Counted from the first letter of the whole stretch, positions 8,489-20,400 are shown. The stretch: 60,999 nucleotides of DNA, filler included, from an uncultured bacterium (GCA_964499705.1; 4 parts of 4 records of this genome joined end to end with filler, not necessarily neighbours in it); one strand, 5' to 3'. The notes: generated by a model not told the origin, from the letters alone. A program made the numbers and translations.

Positions 8489-11400
8489 ATGATTACTAAA
8501 CTCACCAGGGTTCTCGGATTCTTCATGATTGCGGCTGTTTTCTCGGGCCAGGCGGATGCGACTTTCATCGGTCATATTCCTGTGCAGTATGTGACGGCGG
8601 GAGAGAAGACGACGATCAACCTCAGGAGGTTCTGTGAACCGGACGCGGGCGATCATCTCTTCATCGCGCCGTCGGGCGAGTATGAAGCCGTGATCGATCC
8701 GAAGACGCTGGAGCTTGTTCTGGAAGTGGCGCCTGGGCGAGCCGGGCTCGTGAACATGCCGATCATTCTCCAGACTTCCGCCGGTGCAGGCTTGCCTGGT
8801 GAACGTATGGGTGTCATGACGCTGGCGGTCGGCAAGCGTCATCGCCATAAATTTTCGTACACACCGGAGACAAAACTCCAGAAGGTCGTCGCCGCGGGTT
8901 CGTTCAACGGATGGAGCCAGGACCGCACACCACTTCTCGATCCGGACGGCGACGGCACTTACGAAGCATTCGCCATGATGGATCCCGGTACGCACAACTA
9001 CAAGTTCGTCGTCGACGGCAAGTGGATCGCGGACCCGAGCAATCCGGACAAGATCGACGACGGATTCCAGGGTTTCAACTCCGTGATCCGCGTCGAAGGC
9101 GCCTCGGGCGGGAACGCCCCCGCGCTTTACGCTGCCGCCATGGAGAACTGGGGATGGACGATCCAATGCGTCCCCGGAGCGGATCCCGTGAAGGAAGTCG
9201 CCGCGATCGTCGAGAAGGAAGACGGGACGAGCGCGGTCATTGAAGCGGTCGCCATAGGAAATGGATCGGGCTGGAAAATCATGCGCGCGGGCATCCCGGA
9301 CAATGCCTGGATCCGAATCGTCGCCTGCGACGACAAGGGTCGGGTCTCCAACACCGTCCGATTCCGCACGTCTCCGCCGCGCGCCTTCGACTGGAACAAC
9401 GCGATCGTCTACTACGCCTTCACCGACCGCTTCTCCAACGGCAACAAGGAAAACGACATGCCGGTCGCGCATCCGGACCTCATGCCGCAGGCGAACTGGC
9501 ACGGAGGCGACTGGCGCGGCATCCGCGACAAGATCCGCGAAGGATATTTCAACGACCTCGGCGTCAATGTCCTCTGGCTGGCTCCTCTCAACAGGAATCC
9601 CTCCTTCGCGGAACGGGAGCATGATGCTCCCAACAGGCACTACACCGGATATCACGGCTACTGGCCCGTATCCGCGACCGAGGTCGAACCGCACTTCGGA
9701 GACGCCGCCGAGTTGAAAGCGCTCGTCGCCGACGCGCACTCCCGCGGCATCCGCGTCATCGCGGACCTCGTCCTGAACCATGTGCACGAATCGCATCCTT
9801 TCGTCCGGGAGCATCCCGAATGGATCGGTTCGCTCACTCTTCCCGACGGCACGATGAACCTGAAGATGTGGGACGCTCATTCGTACACGACATGGTTCGA
9901 ACCGTACCTGCCGGATCTCAACTACGACAACGAGGAGCTCGTGAAAACGATGTTCGAGAACGCGGCCTGGTGGGCGCGCGAATATGAACTGGACGGATTC
10001 CGCCTGGACGCGGTGAAGCACATCCAGCCCGACATCTGGCGCCGCTTCCGCGTTCATCTTCGTAACACGATCGAGCAGGAGCGCGGACCGCTGTATCTCG
10101 TCGGCGAAACATTCCGCGACCGGTCGGGCATCATGGCCTTCGTCGGTCCGAACGGCCTGGACGGCCAGTTCGACTTTCCCCTGTATGACACGCTGAAGTC
10201 GATCTTCGCGCAGGGCAACAGCGGATTCGCCGAGCTGGAAGCGTCTCTCTCGGCCTCGGAGCGCACCTACGGCAAGGAATCGCTGATGGCGCCTCTTGTC
10301 GGGAATCACGACAAGTCGCGCTTCATGGCCTGGGCCGACGGAGACCTGCCTGATCCGACGCAACCCGACGAGGAGGAAGCCGGCTGGAACAATCCTCCGC
10401 AAGTGAACGATCCGGCGAATTATTCCAAGCTGAAGATGGGCCTGACGTTTCTCCTCTCCATCGACGGAGTGCCGACCGTGTATTACGGCGACGAGTTCGG
10501 GATGAGCGGCGCGGGAGATCCGGACAACAGGCGCGACATGCGATTCGGAGACGATCTCTCCCTGTACGAAAAGAGCGTGAAGAATTATTGCGCGGCGATG
10601 GCGAAGATCCGCCAGGAGCATCCCGCGCTGCGGTTCGGATCGCGGCGGCCCGTCCTGGTGGAGGAGAACCGCTACGCCTACATCCGGGCCTTCTTCGAGG
10701 ACCGCGTTCTCGTCGCCTTCAATCGAACCGCCGCGTCAACAGAGTTCGCGCTGGATGTGGCCCCGGAATTCGCCGACGGCGAGTACGTCAATCTCGTCAC
10801 CGGCGAGGACGTGAAGGTCGCGGACGGCAAGGCGGCGTTCACGCTGCGCGCCCGCTCGGCCGCCGTCATCGCGCCGAAGAGCGGATCGCAATTCGTCTAC
10901 AAGCCCGCGGACGAGCCGGCGCCCGCGATCGCCGCGCCGCAGAAGACAGGGCCCGCGTTCCAGACCGTCGGGCTGGCGGGCACGCTCAACAACTGGAACA
11001 CCGGCGACAAGACGATGCAGCTCGAACAGAAGCCGGACGGATCCTGGGAATTGACGCGCCTCTTCGAGCGCGGGAATTTCAACTTCAAGTTCGTGATGAA
11101 CAGCGGCTGGGATCTCCACCGCGGCCTCGGCGAAAACAACCGGCTGGAACAGCCCGGCAAGGATATCCCGCTGGAGATTCCCTCCAGCGGATTCTACCGC
11201 GTCCGGCTGGAACCCGGAGCCGACGCCTGGTCGATCGCTCCCTCGGTTCCGCCCATGGCCGTCGCCGACGCCGCGATCGCCGACGCGTACCCGCTCGGTC
11301 AATCGATCACGCTCGACGCGTCCCCGTCCAAGCCCGGCCCCGGCCGGACGATCCGGCAGTATCTCTGGTCGCAGGTGCCGGGCGACGAGCATGCCCTTCT

Positions 11401-14251
11401 CGGATTGCCGCTCCAGTCGAAATCGCCCCTCCTGAAGCTGAATCCCGCGAAACCGGGTGTATACCGGATCAGGTTGACAGTCGACGACGGCGGCGAAGGC
11501 ACAGGCTCAGGGATGCCGCGCGAATTGAAGCTGGTCGTAAAGGAATCCTGGCAGTTGAAGACGGCCCGGGGACAGGTGCACACGATGGATATCGGCTCCG
11601 ACGGCATCCATCGTCTCTACCTGCCCGTGACCGTCTCCCCTGTCTCCTTCCGGATCCAGCGCAACTTCAAGCCCGCCTCGCTCGGCGCGCGCGCCGCGTT
11701 GACCGCGAAACTGACGACCACGGCGAAATCTACGATAGTCAATGGCGGCAAGCCGGTCACGATCAAGGCGCAGAGGCCGGGACTGGCCGAGATCGCGATC
11801 GATCCGCGCACGAACACGCTCTCCGTCCGCCGTTCGGAGATGACGCGCTTTTCCTTCCACCCCTCCGGCGTGAAGGAGATACCGGCCGGCACGGAGATCT
11901 CATCCGTTTCGATCGCGGGGACGTTCAACGGTTGGAACGCCGCGAAGAACAGGATGACGCGACGGGAGAACGGGACGTGGGAAGTCTTCGCGGATCTCCC
12001 GGCCGGCCTGCATCAGTACAAGCTCGTCGTGAATGAAAAGACCTGGATCGCGGATCCGCGCGCGGACGCGAAGCTTTCGACGCCGGACGGATTCAGCGGC
12101 ACGAATTCCGGCATCGTCATCGGAGTCCGCGGCGAGGACTTCGGACCGGCTCTTCCTGGAGCGATCGCAGGCGGAGCCGTCTGGCACGACCCGAACGAGC
12201 GCGACTACTTCAACGTCTTCTCCAGGAATGCCGCCGACATCCGCCTGAGAGTCCGCGAGGGCGATGTGCCGCGCGCCTTCGTCAGGCTCCGCGCCGGCTC
12301 GACGAAAGCCGGCGAGCGAATCGAGATGCAGAAACTCTTCTCGCGCCTCGGATTCGACTATTTCGGCGTCTACGTTCCACTGTCTCCCGGAGCGAGGAAT
12401 CTCGAATACAACTTCGAGCTGGAAGACTCTCCGGCGCTCCAGCATTTCGCCGGATCCATGACCCTGAAGAAGAAGCTCGCCCGGGCCGACAAGCCCTTCT
12501 CCGGAGAAGTCGAGCTGACATTCGCGACGCCCGACTGGGCCAAGAACGTCGTGTGGTACCAGATCATGCTCGACCGGTGGCGCAACGGCGATCCGTCCAA
12601 CGATCCCGACAACTCCACGCCGTGGACTTGGGACTGGTTCAAGCCCTTCCTCCCGGGCGAGACCCCGAACCTCTACGGTCCGAACGGCATCTGGCACCGG
12701 ATGTACGGCGGAGACATCGCGGGCATGATGAAGACGCTCGATTACCTGGAGGATCTCGGCGTGACGGGCATATATTTCAACCCGGTCTTCGAGGCGCCGG
12801 GACACCACAAGTACAACGCGACGGACTACCGCCACATCGACGACAACTTCGGAACCAGGGGCGACATTGTCGAGGCGCAGAAGACCGAATCAGGCGACTC
12901 GCGCACCTGGCACATGACGCCGACCGATTCGTACTTCGCGACCTTCATCCGCGAAGCGCACAAGCGCGGCTTCAAGGTGATCATCGACGGCGTCTTCAAT
13001 CATTCGGGCACGGAATTCTGGGCCTTCCAGGACATCATCAGGAACGGGAAGAATTCTGCGTACAAGGCTTGGTATGTCATCAAGGAATGGGACGTGACTC
13101 CGTCATCGCCCGGCGGGCCGCCCTTTTCCTACGAAGGCTGGGCGGGATTCGCGGGATTGCCTGAATATGCCGAGGACGAGCATGGACTTCTGCCGGGCAT
13201 CCGGAATCACATCTTCGACATCACGCGGAAGTGGATGGACCCGAACGGCGACGGCAACCCGGAAGACGGCGTCGACGGCTGGCGTCTGGATGTACCCGAG
13301 AACGTGAACGAGGCTTTCTGGCGCGACTGGCGCAAGGTCGTCAAGGGCGCCAATCCGGAGGCGTACATCGTCGGCGAGATCTGGGAGAACGCGGCCAACC
13401 GCCTGCAGGGCGAACACTACGACGCGGTGATGAACTACGAATTCGTGAAGCGCGTCTACGGATTCTATCTCCCGGGCGGCATGACGAAGGCACTGACCGC
13501 CACCGAGTTCGCGACATCACTTGCGGAACTGGAAGCCTGGTATGTGCCGCAGGTGAACATGGTCCTGCAGAATCTCCTGTCGAGCCACGACGTCGACCGG
13601 ATCGCCTCCGCGATCAAGAACCGCGCCGGATGGAAGCGCGGGCGGATCCAGGACGAGAATCCTTCGTACAGCACGGATGCGCCGGCGGACGCGGACTACG
13701 AGACCCTGAAGCAGATCATCGCCTTCCAGATGACATGGCTCGGCGCGCCCATGATCTACTACGGCGACGAAGCCGGGATGTACGGCGCGGACGATCCGAC
13801 GAACCGGATGCCGATGTGGTGGAAAGACCTGATGCCGTATGAAAATCCCGATTACCGGATCCGGGAGGATCTTGTTGAGCACACGCGCCGGTTCGTGGCG
13901 ATCCGGAACACCTACCCGGCCTTCCGGACCGGCCGCACGCGAACGATCTCCACAGACGACGGCGGAAAGCTCTTCGTCTTCGAGCGCTCCGATTTCCGCA
14001 ACAGCGTTCTTGTCATCGTGAACGACGGCGTCTCCGCGCAGACCGTCGGCATCCCGGCGCGCGCGGGAACGAAGTACGTCAACGTCGCCGATCCTGCGGC
14101 CAGCATACTCCTGAAGGGCATCGTGGAAGGCATGGACGCGGTCCGGGAGCAGATCCGGGTGAAGAGCACGGCGCCTGTGCTCTCCCCCGTCGATGGGAGG
14201 CTGTCGCTCTCGATCCCCGCCCGCAGCACGTGGGTACTGGTGGAGAAGTGA
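8489..14251 (+). CDS. Secreted multidomain alpha-glucan hydrolase with two GH13 catalytic domains, several CBM48-like modules and a PKD-like module
   Basis: Domain 1: DLVLNH, GFRLDAVKH, VGETF, GNHD. Domain 2: DGVFNH, GWRLDVPEN, VGEIW, SSHD. CBM48-like motifs AGSFNGW, AGTLNNW, AGTFNGW. Signal peptide present. Confidence 0.92.
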   Translation: MITKLTRVLGFFMIAAVFSGQADATFIGHIPVQYVTAGEKTTINLRRFCEPDAGDHLFIAPSGEYEAVIDPKTLELVLEVAPGRAGLVNMPIILQTSAGAGLPGERMGVMTLAVGKRHRHKFSYTPETKLQKVVAAGSFNGWSQDRTPLLDPDGDGTYEAFAMMDPGTHNYKFVVDGKWIADPSNPDKIDDGFQGFNSVIRVEGASGGNAPALYAAAMENWGWTIQCVPGADPVKEVAAIVEKEDGTSAVIEAVAIGNGSGWKIMRAGIPDNAWIRIVACDDKGRVSNTVRFRTSPPRAFDWNNAIVYYAFTDRFSNGNKENDMPVAHPDLMPQANWHGGDWRGIRDKIREGYFNDLGVNVLWLAPLNRNPSFAEREHDAPNRHYTGYHGYWPVSATEVEPHFGDAAELKALVADAHSRGIRVIADLVLNHVHESHPFVREHPEWIGSLTLPDGTMNLKMWDAHSYTTWFEPYLPDLNYDNEELVKTMFENAAWWAREYELDGFRLDAVKHIQPDIWRRFRVHLRNTIEQERGPLYLVGETFRDRSGIMAFVGPNGLDGQFDFPLYDTLKSIFAQGNSGFAELEASLSASERTYGKESLMAPLVGNHDKSRFMAWADGDLPDPTQPDEEEAGWNNPPQVNDPANYSKLKMGLTFLLSIDGVPTVYYGDEFGMSGAGDPDNRRDMRFGDDLSLYEKSVKNYCAAMAKIRQEHPALRFGSRRPVLVEENRYAYIRAFFEDRVLVAFNRTAASTEFALDVAPEFADGEYVNLVTGEDVKVADGKAAFTLRARSAAVIAPKSGSQFVYKPADEPAPAIAAPQKTGPAFQTVGLAGTLNNWNTGDKTMQLEQKPDGSWELTRLFERGNFNFKFVMNSGWDLHRGLGENNRLEQPGKDIPLEIPSSGFYRVRLEPGADAWSIAPSVPPMAVADAAIADAYPLGQSITLDASPSKPGPGRTIRQYLWSQVPGDEHALLGLPLQSKSPLLKLNPAKPGVYRIRLTVDDGGEGTGSGMPRELKLVVKESWQLKTARGQVHTMDIGSDGIHRLYLPVTVSPVSFRIQRNFKPASLGARAALTAKLTTTAKSTIVNGGKPVTIKAQRPGLAEIAIDPRTNTLSVRRSEMTRFSFHPSGVKEIPAGTEISSVSIAGTFNGWNAAKNRMTRRENGTWEVFADLPAGLHQYKLVVNEKTWIADPRADAKLSTPDGFSGTNSGIVIGVRGEDFGPALPGAIAGGAVWHDPNERDYFNVFSRNAADIRLRVREGDVPRAFVRLRAGSTKAGERIEMQKLFSRLGFDYFGVYVPLSPGARNLEYNFELEDSPALQHFAGSMTLKKKLARADKPFSGEVELTFATPDWAKNVVWYQIMLDRWRNGDPSNDPDNSTPWTWDWFKPFLPGETPNLYGPNGIWHRMYGGDIAGMMKTLDYLEDLGVTGIYFNPVFEAPGHHKYNATDYRHIDDNFGTRGDIVEAQKTESGDSRTWHMTPTDSYFATFIREAHKRGFKVIIDGVFNHSGTEFWAFQDIIRNGKNSAYKAWYVIKEWDVTPSSPGGPPFSYEGWAGFAGLPEYAEDEHGLLPGIRNHIFDITRKWMDPNGDGNPEDGVDGWRLDVPENVNEAFWRDWRKVVKGANPEAYIVGEIWENAANRLQGEHYDAVMNYEFVKRVYGFYLPGGMTKALTATEFATSLAELEAWYVPQVNMVLQNLLSSHDVDRIASAIKNRAGWKRGRIQDENPSYSTDAPADADYETLKQIIAFQMTWLGAPMIYYGDEAGMYGADDPTNRMPMWWKDLMPYENPDYRIREDLVEHTRRFVAIRNTYPAFRTGRTRTISTDDGGKLFVFERSDFRNSVLVIVNDGVSAQTVGIPARAGTKYVNVADPAASILLKGIVEGMDAVREQIRVKSTAPVLSPVDGRLSLSIPARSTWVLVEK

Positions 14252-14480
14252 AGCAGCCTTTCCGCAAGGATTAGGCGGACTTCGGCAGGGTCAAGGCCCG
14301 TCTTCCCTCTTTACCATTCCGGCCTGAGGTATTTCCTGCCCTAGGATGCGGTCACATCATCCGCCCGGGGATAACGCGCCTGTTCGCAGCACATGGGACA
14401 GCGGTCGAAAATTGAAGTGGACCGTCGCAGCATAGGCTCCGCATGCTTGCGGATTAGGCGCGGCTTCATATAATCACATC

Positions 14481-15491
14481 GTGGTATCCGTCATTAATGC
14501 AGCCGGCGTCGGCCTGGGGGTTGGGGAAGCACATGCACGGGCATTTCTGGGGATGGAATCATGCCGGCTTCTCAAGGTTTTCGATCTCGATCACGCGCGC
14601 GTGACCGCCTTCACTGGCGCTCATGAAGGCGTTAAAGCCGCCGGAAACTTTCAGGAAATCGTCGACGATCCCGCTTTGGACCTGATATCCATCGCGAGCT
14701 ACGACGACCATCATTACGAGCAGGTCGTCTCGGTTCTCGCGGCGGGAAAATCGATATTCGTGGAAAAACCGCTGTGCCGGTCGCAGGCTGAGCTGCAAGC
14801 CATACAGCGGGCGTGGATAGATGCCGGCAGGCCCTGGCTCATGTCAAACCTCGTCTTGCGCGGGGCGCCGCTTTATCTGTGGCTTAAGGAAGAAATACGT
14901 CGCGGGACATTCGGCAAGATATTTGCCTTCGACGGCGATTACCTCTATGGACGCATGGAAAAGATCACGGAGGGATGGCGCGGTCGCGTCGCGGATTATT
15001 CCGTGATGCAGGGTGGCGGCATTCATCTCGTGGACCTGATGCTCTGGCTGACGGGGGAGTATCCGGAATCCGTGAGCGCCGGAGGCAACAGGATCTGCAC
15101 CGAAAACTCCGGCTTCCAATACGACGATTTCGTCGCGGCCACATACTCCTTCCCATCCGGAATGATCGCGCGCATCACAGCCAATTTCGGATGCGTTCAT
15201 CCGCATCAGCATTCCATCCGACTCTTCGGCACAAAAGCGACGTTCATTCATGATGATGCGGGCAGCCGGATCCATCGAGGCCGGGATCGCCAGCCGGCGG
15301 TCGAGCCGATCGCACTGGCCCCGCGGCCGGAATCCAAAAGCGTGTTGATTCCGGGCCTCGTCGAATCCATACTGAAGCATGCTCCACCGGATCAGGAAGT
15401 TAAGCACGAGTTCGATCTCATGAGCGCCTGCTTCGCAGCCGACGCTGCGCTGAAGACTGGCGGCAACGAACGAGTGCGGTATCTGGCATGA
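14481..15491 (+). CDS. Gfo/Idh/MocA family oxidoreductase
   Basis: GVGLGVG Rossmann motif, FVEKP and GGIHLVDL. Confidence 0.88.
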   Translation: MVSVINAAGVGLGVGEAHARAFLGMESCRLLKVFDLDHARVTAFTGAHEGVKAAGNFQEIVDDPALDLISIASYDDHHYEQVVSVLAAGKSIFVEKPLCRSQAELQAIQRAWIDAGRPWLMSNLVLRGAPLYLWLKEEIRRGTFGKIFAFDGDYLYGRMEKITEGWRGRVADYSVMQGGGIHLVDLMLWLTGEYPESVSAGGNRICTENSGFQYDDFVAATYSFPSGMIARITANFGCVHPHQHSIRLFGTKATFIHDDAGSRIHRGRDRQPAVEPIALAPRPESKSVLIPGLVESILKHAPPDQEVKHEFDLMSACFAADAALKTGGNERVRYLA

Positions 15492-16645
15492 ACATTCCTG
15501 TCGAGATTCCATTTGCCCGCCCGGACATCACCGACGAAGAACGAAATGCCGTCACTAGCGTTCTTAATGGGCACGTCCTGACGCACGGCCCCGTGTGCAA
15601 GGAGTTCGAACGCGCATTCGCGGAGATGATGGGCGGCGGGTCCGCGATCACCGTCAGCTCCTGCATGGCGGCTCTGCACATGTCCTGTATTCATCTCGGA
15701 TTCGGCCCCGGAGACGAGGTGCTCGTTCCAGCACTGACACATGTCGCAACCGTCCATGCGGTCGAATGGGTCGGCGCCCGCCCGGTCTTCGTGGACTGCG
15801 ATCCGGGAACCGGAAACGTGACGGCAGACCGCCTGGAAGCCGCGATCACGTCCCGGACCCGCGGCGTCGTGCTCGTGCATTTCATAGGAATCCCGTGCGA
15901 CATGAAAGCCATCTGCGCGATGGCGGCCGCCAGGCATCTTAAGGTCGTTGAAGACTGCGCTCTTGCCGTCGGGACGCGCTGGGAAGGAGTTCATGCCGGA
16001 CTCTGGGGCGACTGCGGATGTTTCTCCTTCTATCCCGTGAAGCACATCACCACGGCCGAGGGCGGGATGTTCGTGAGCCGCTCCGCGGAGACGGCCGCCG
16101 CGATCAACCGCCTGCGGGCCTTCGGAGTCGACCGGACGCATACCGAGCGAAGCATACCGGGGCAATATGATGTCACGAGCCTGGGCCTGAATTACCGAAT
16201 GAGCGAATTACAGGCCGCGATCGGCCGGGTCCAGTTGAGCCGGTCCGGAGAATTCCTGATGAAGCGCAGGGCGAACTTCCAGTGTTGGCTGCGCGCGCTG
16301 AACGACATCGAGGACATTCGGATTCTGGAACGGGAAGACAGCGTCGGCGAACAGAGCCATTATTGCCTCGTCGTCGTGCTGGAGGGATCCCAGCGAGCGC
16401 GCCGCGATGAAATCATCATGAAACTGAAAGCCAAAGGCATCGGGACCAGCGTATACTATCCGCAGCCCGTGCCTCGTATGACCTATTACCGGAACAAGTA
16501 CGGCTACGACGCGAAGCAGTGTCCCAACGCGGAGGAGATCAGCGACGCATCGATCGCTCTCCCTCTGGGACCGCATATCGGCGAGGAGCAGATTTCATAT
16601 ATGGCGGACGCATTTCGGATGATCCTGCGGGAACGCGCGTGTTGA
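15488..16645 (+). CDS. DegT/DnrJ/EryC1/StrS sugar aminotransferase
   Basis: GPGDEVLVP, VVEDCA, FSFYPVKHITTAEGG (PLP lysine) and GLNYRMSE. Confidence 0.92.
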   Translation: MNIPVEIPFARPDITDEERNAVTSVLNGHVLTHGPVCKEFERAFAEMMGGGSAITVSSCMAALHMSCIHLGFGPGDEVLVPALTHVATVHAVEWVGARPVFVDCDPGTGNVTADRLEAAITSRTRGVVLVHFIGIPCDMKAICAMAAARHLKVVEDCALAVGTRWEGVHAGLWGDCGCFSFYPVKHITTAEGGMFVSRSAETAAAINRLRAFGVDRTHTERSIPGQYDVTSLGLNYRMSELQAAIGRVQLSRSGEFLMKRRANFQCWLRALNDIEDIRILEREDSVGEQSHYCLVVVLEGSQRARRDEIIMKLKAKGIGTSVYYPQPVPRMTYYRNKYGYDAKQCPNAEEISDASIALPLGPHIGEEQISYMADAFRMILRERAC

Positions 16646-17343
16646 ACGACCTGACAGGAACAGGAGTCACCCTGATCGGCGGCGCCGGCTTCATGGGGCA
16701 TCATCTCGCGCTGGAACTGAAAGCCCGGGGCGCCGAGGTGGAGATCGTCGATAGTCTCCAGGTCAATAACCTCCTGCACTTCGCCTCGCTCCCGACAACC
16801 TCCCGGCACCGCGATGTGTATCTCCGCATGCTTCACGAGCGGCTCGATCTGCTGCGGCAGGCGGACATCAAGCTGATTCCCGTCGATGCCCGCGATTATC
16901 ACATGTTGACAAGAACGATGGTGCCTCACGATCGAAGAGTGATCATTCACCTCGCGGCTGTCGCGCACGCGGGAAAATCCAACAAGGATCCCCTGAGCAC
17001 GTTCGATCACAGCCTACGCACATTGGAAAACGCGCTCGACTGCGCGCGCTGCGAATGCAAGCAATTCATCTACATTTCATCCAGCATGGTCTATGGAAAT
17101 TTTCTCACGGAAACCGTCTCCGAAGATCACCCCTTGGAACCCATCGGAATCTACGGCGCCTTGAAACTGGCGGGAGAAAAGCTGGTCATAGCCTATAATC
17201 AGGTTTTCAACATTCCCTACACGATCCTCCGTCCGTCCGCGCTCTATGGCCCGCGTTGTGTCAGCCGCCGGGTCGGCCAGATCTTCGTCGAAGACGCCTT
17301 CGACAATATTCCGCTGAAGATCGAGGGCGACGGCGAAGAGAAG
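16639..17343 (+). CDS. NAD-dependent epimerase/dehydratase (3' truncated at gap)
   Basis: GGAGFMG, HLAA, SSSMVYG, YGALK and RPSALYGP. Confidence 0.88.
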
Positions 17344-17443
17344 NNNNNNNNNNNNNNNNNNNNNNNNNNNNNNNNNNNNNNNNNNNNTTAATTAATTAAN
17401 NNNNNNNNNNNNNNNNNNNNNNNNNNNNNNNNNNNNNNNNNNN
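17344..17443. other. Artificial contig-join linker
   Basis: N run with a central TTAATTAATTAA (stops in all six frames). Confidence 0.97.
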
Positions 17444-17445
17444 GC

Positions 17446-20400
17446 TACAACAAATCCACGCGCGAATATGAGGGCTATCCCCGCTACACGCAGTTCGTTC
17501 ACGACCGATCGTCCCTGCCCGCGCGAATCCAGAACGAGCTGAAGGCTCTCGTCGAGGGCGCGTCCGCCGACGGCCCCCGCCGTCACCTCCCTATCTTCCG
17601 CAATGGAAATCCCGCGCGCCGGCCACGGATGGAACCTCCGGCGCCCAGCTCGGCTCTCAATCAGAATCTCTCCGCTGTCAACGATCCGGAGGTCGGCGGC
17701 GTCCGCCTCTATTTCGATCCCGCCATTGTCGAGACCGAAGGCAACGACGAAAACAGGATGCGCATGATCTGGAACCTGAATCGCGAGCTCACCAACGGAG
17801 ACACCGACGTCGTCGCCGGGCTCGGCGGCGAGCTCGATCTGCGCGCGGAATCGCTGCGGGCGATCCTGTCCAGCGGCTCCACGACCGTCGGAATGCTGAC
17901 CCGCATCCTCGGTTATGTGACGCGCGAGGGGGACGACGACCTCTACATCCTGGGGAAATCAGAACCCGGATTCGATCCTGTTCCGCTCGATATTCTGACC
18001 GTCGCTCTGCAGGAGGTCTGGATCAACGAGCACAATCCCGCCATTTCTCTCGATCCCGATCCCGCGGACTGTTTCGGTCCGCAGAATGTCCGACTCGAGG
18101 AGATCAGCGAGAAGAACCGGAACACGCGCTATGTGGAGATCATGCTGGAAGCCGACTACAGGATGAAGCACGTGCTCTTCAAGGAGCAATCCTACGAGGC
18201 CAGGATCTCCGGATTCCAGACAACGTACGAACTCCTCCAGGCCAATCCTCCTCCCCTCGGCGGCACGCGCCAGGCGCGCTACTGGCTGAATCCCCGCTCC
18301 ACAGCCGGAGCCGATGTCTTCGTGAATCACTTCGAGGGTTCCACGGTCGTCTACTTCGAATCCGACATCAAGGTCCTGACCGAGGAAATGGAAGACGCGA
18401 AAACGCTTGCGAGTTCCTCGCCGATGAGTTCCGCCGACGAGGAAGCCGCGCGTCTCTTCACGAATCATTACGATGAAATCGCGGCATGCTATCCGGAATT
18501 CCGCATGCTCCGCGGGGTCTTCGACGCCACGAAGCTCGCGGTCGTCCTCCGGAAGCGCGGCGTATCTTCCCCGCTGCTGGACGAGGCCGCGGCCAGGTCC
18601 GTCGCGGAAGTACCGATCCGCGAAACTTACGACGGCCTCGGTCCCCTCTGGATCGAGGGCACATCGTACTTCATCGGAGGCGGCTGCGTCACCGTGGAGG
18701 AACCATCGACCGGAATCGAAGTGCCGCTCGTGCGGAGCCTTTCCCAGGAGGAGCCGGGCATTCTCCGCCTCTCGCTTCTCATGCCCGGTACCATTCCTCT
18801 GACGCCCGAGGCCGCGCTCGACCTCTTCCGCGAGGCCGAGATCGAGCAGGCCACGAAGGAGATCGCCGACAATCGGCACCGCGACGCGATTGACCGCCTG
18901 ACGAACCTCATCCGCCGCATCGAAAAGTCCGGGGACACTTCCATGATCGCGGCGGTGCTGCCGCAGCGCGCCGTCGCATGGCTGGGCATCGGCGAAACGG
19001 CCAAGGCACTGGAAGATGTAAAGAACATCGATGTCGAGATCCCCGTCGTGCAGGGGCTGCGGGGCATCCTGAAGCTCTTCAACAACGATCTGGAAGGCGC
19101 TTACCGCGATGTCGTCGCGGCGGCCGAAGCCGATCCGCGCGACAAGACGATCCTCTCCAACAAGGCCATGGTGGAGATGATGACGCTCCGCCTGGACGAC
19201 GCGGGCCGAAGCCTCACCCGGCTCATTTCCGTTTCGCCGGGCGATCCGGAGATCGCCATGATGGAACTCAACCTGAAGGTGCTCCGCCAGCTCGGTCCCG
19301 TCAAGGCGAAGGAACGCGTCCGGCAGTACATTTCAACTCCCTTCGCCATTACGCTCGCCCTCGAAGAAGGCCAGTCGCTCGGGATCTCCGGCCACGTCAA
19401 CGAAGGCATCGCCCGGATCGAGAAGGCTCTCGACGAGATGGGGCGGCGCATCAAGGAACTTCCCGCGCTGCACCTGGAAGAACGCGCCTGGATGGTGCTC
19501 GTCAGCCTTTACGATATCAAGAAGAACTCGGAAGGACTGAGCGAGGAAGACGAGGAGAAGAAGAACAAGCTGATCTCCAGGCTGATCGCGCGACGCCCGG
19601 ACTGGCCAAGCTCGTGGCTCGTCAAGCTTGGGTACGGCACGGATCCCGCTGGGAACGACCCGAAGGATCAGCTTGCTCTCTTCCGGAAGGCGGTCAGCAC
19701 GAAAGTCGACAGCGATCCGCTCCTGTCAGAGATGGCGCTGCTTTTCGGCTGCGATGCGCGCGGATATTACGGCATGCAGTTTCTGCCCGCGCTTTTCGAT
19801 GCCGTCGGTAAGCACCGGATCTCCGCGGACGAGGGAATCTGGTTCATCGACAAGGTCGGAACATATTTCGACACCGGCCCGGAGCTGCATGTTCTGAAGA
19901 CCTTCCGCCGTTACGTGAGCCTCCTGAAGACCATCCAGCAGATCATGAAGCGGCATGGCGCCACTCCGGAGAAGAGGCCCGATGAAAAGATCATCGAGAA
20001 AGTCGAGCGCGATGTCCGCAAGGCGCTCGGCGATGATTTCGAGGAGCAGCTCAGCGTGCAGACCCTGCAGAAGAACCTGCTGCTCATGCCTCCGCCGCGG
20101 CCGGGTTCGGGCGTCGTTCCGCTCCAGGTCATCGGGCGCTACTTCATTCCGGCGCTGATGGAACAGACATCCGGCATGTTGTCGTCGATCTTCGAGGATG
20201 AGACTCCCCTCGAAGAAACCAGGAATGCGGCCGAGGAGGTGCGCGCAAGCCTCCTGCACGGAATCGGGATGATGGACATCGAATGGGGATCCGTGGAAGC
20301 GATGAAGCGGGCCGCAGCCGGCATGAACGCGATGTATGCGCTTTACGCCACCTCGATTCTCGCGACCATCTCGAGGCAGCCCGATTTTAAGACGCTGGAG

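Noticed and set aside
14252-14480. Two small hairpins sharing GGATTAGGCG as a possible riboswitch or ncRNA
   Set aside because: No recognisable aptamer consensus. They are more simply read as terminator-like stems.
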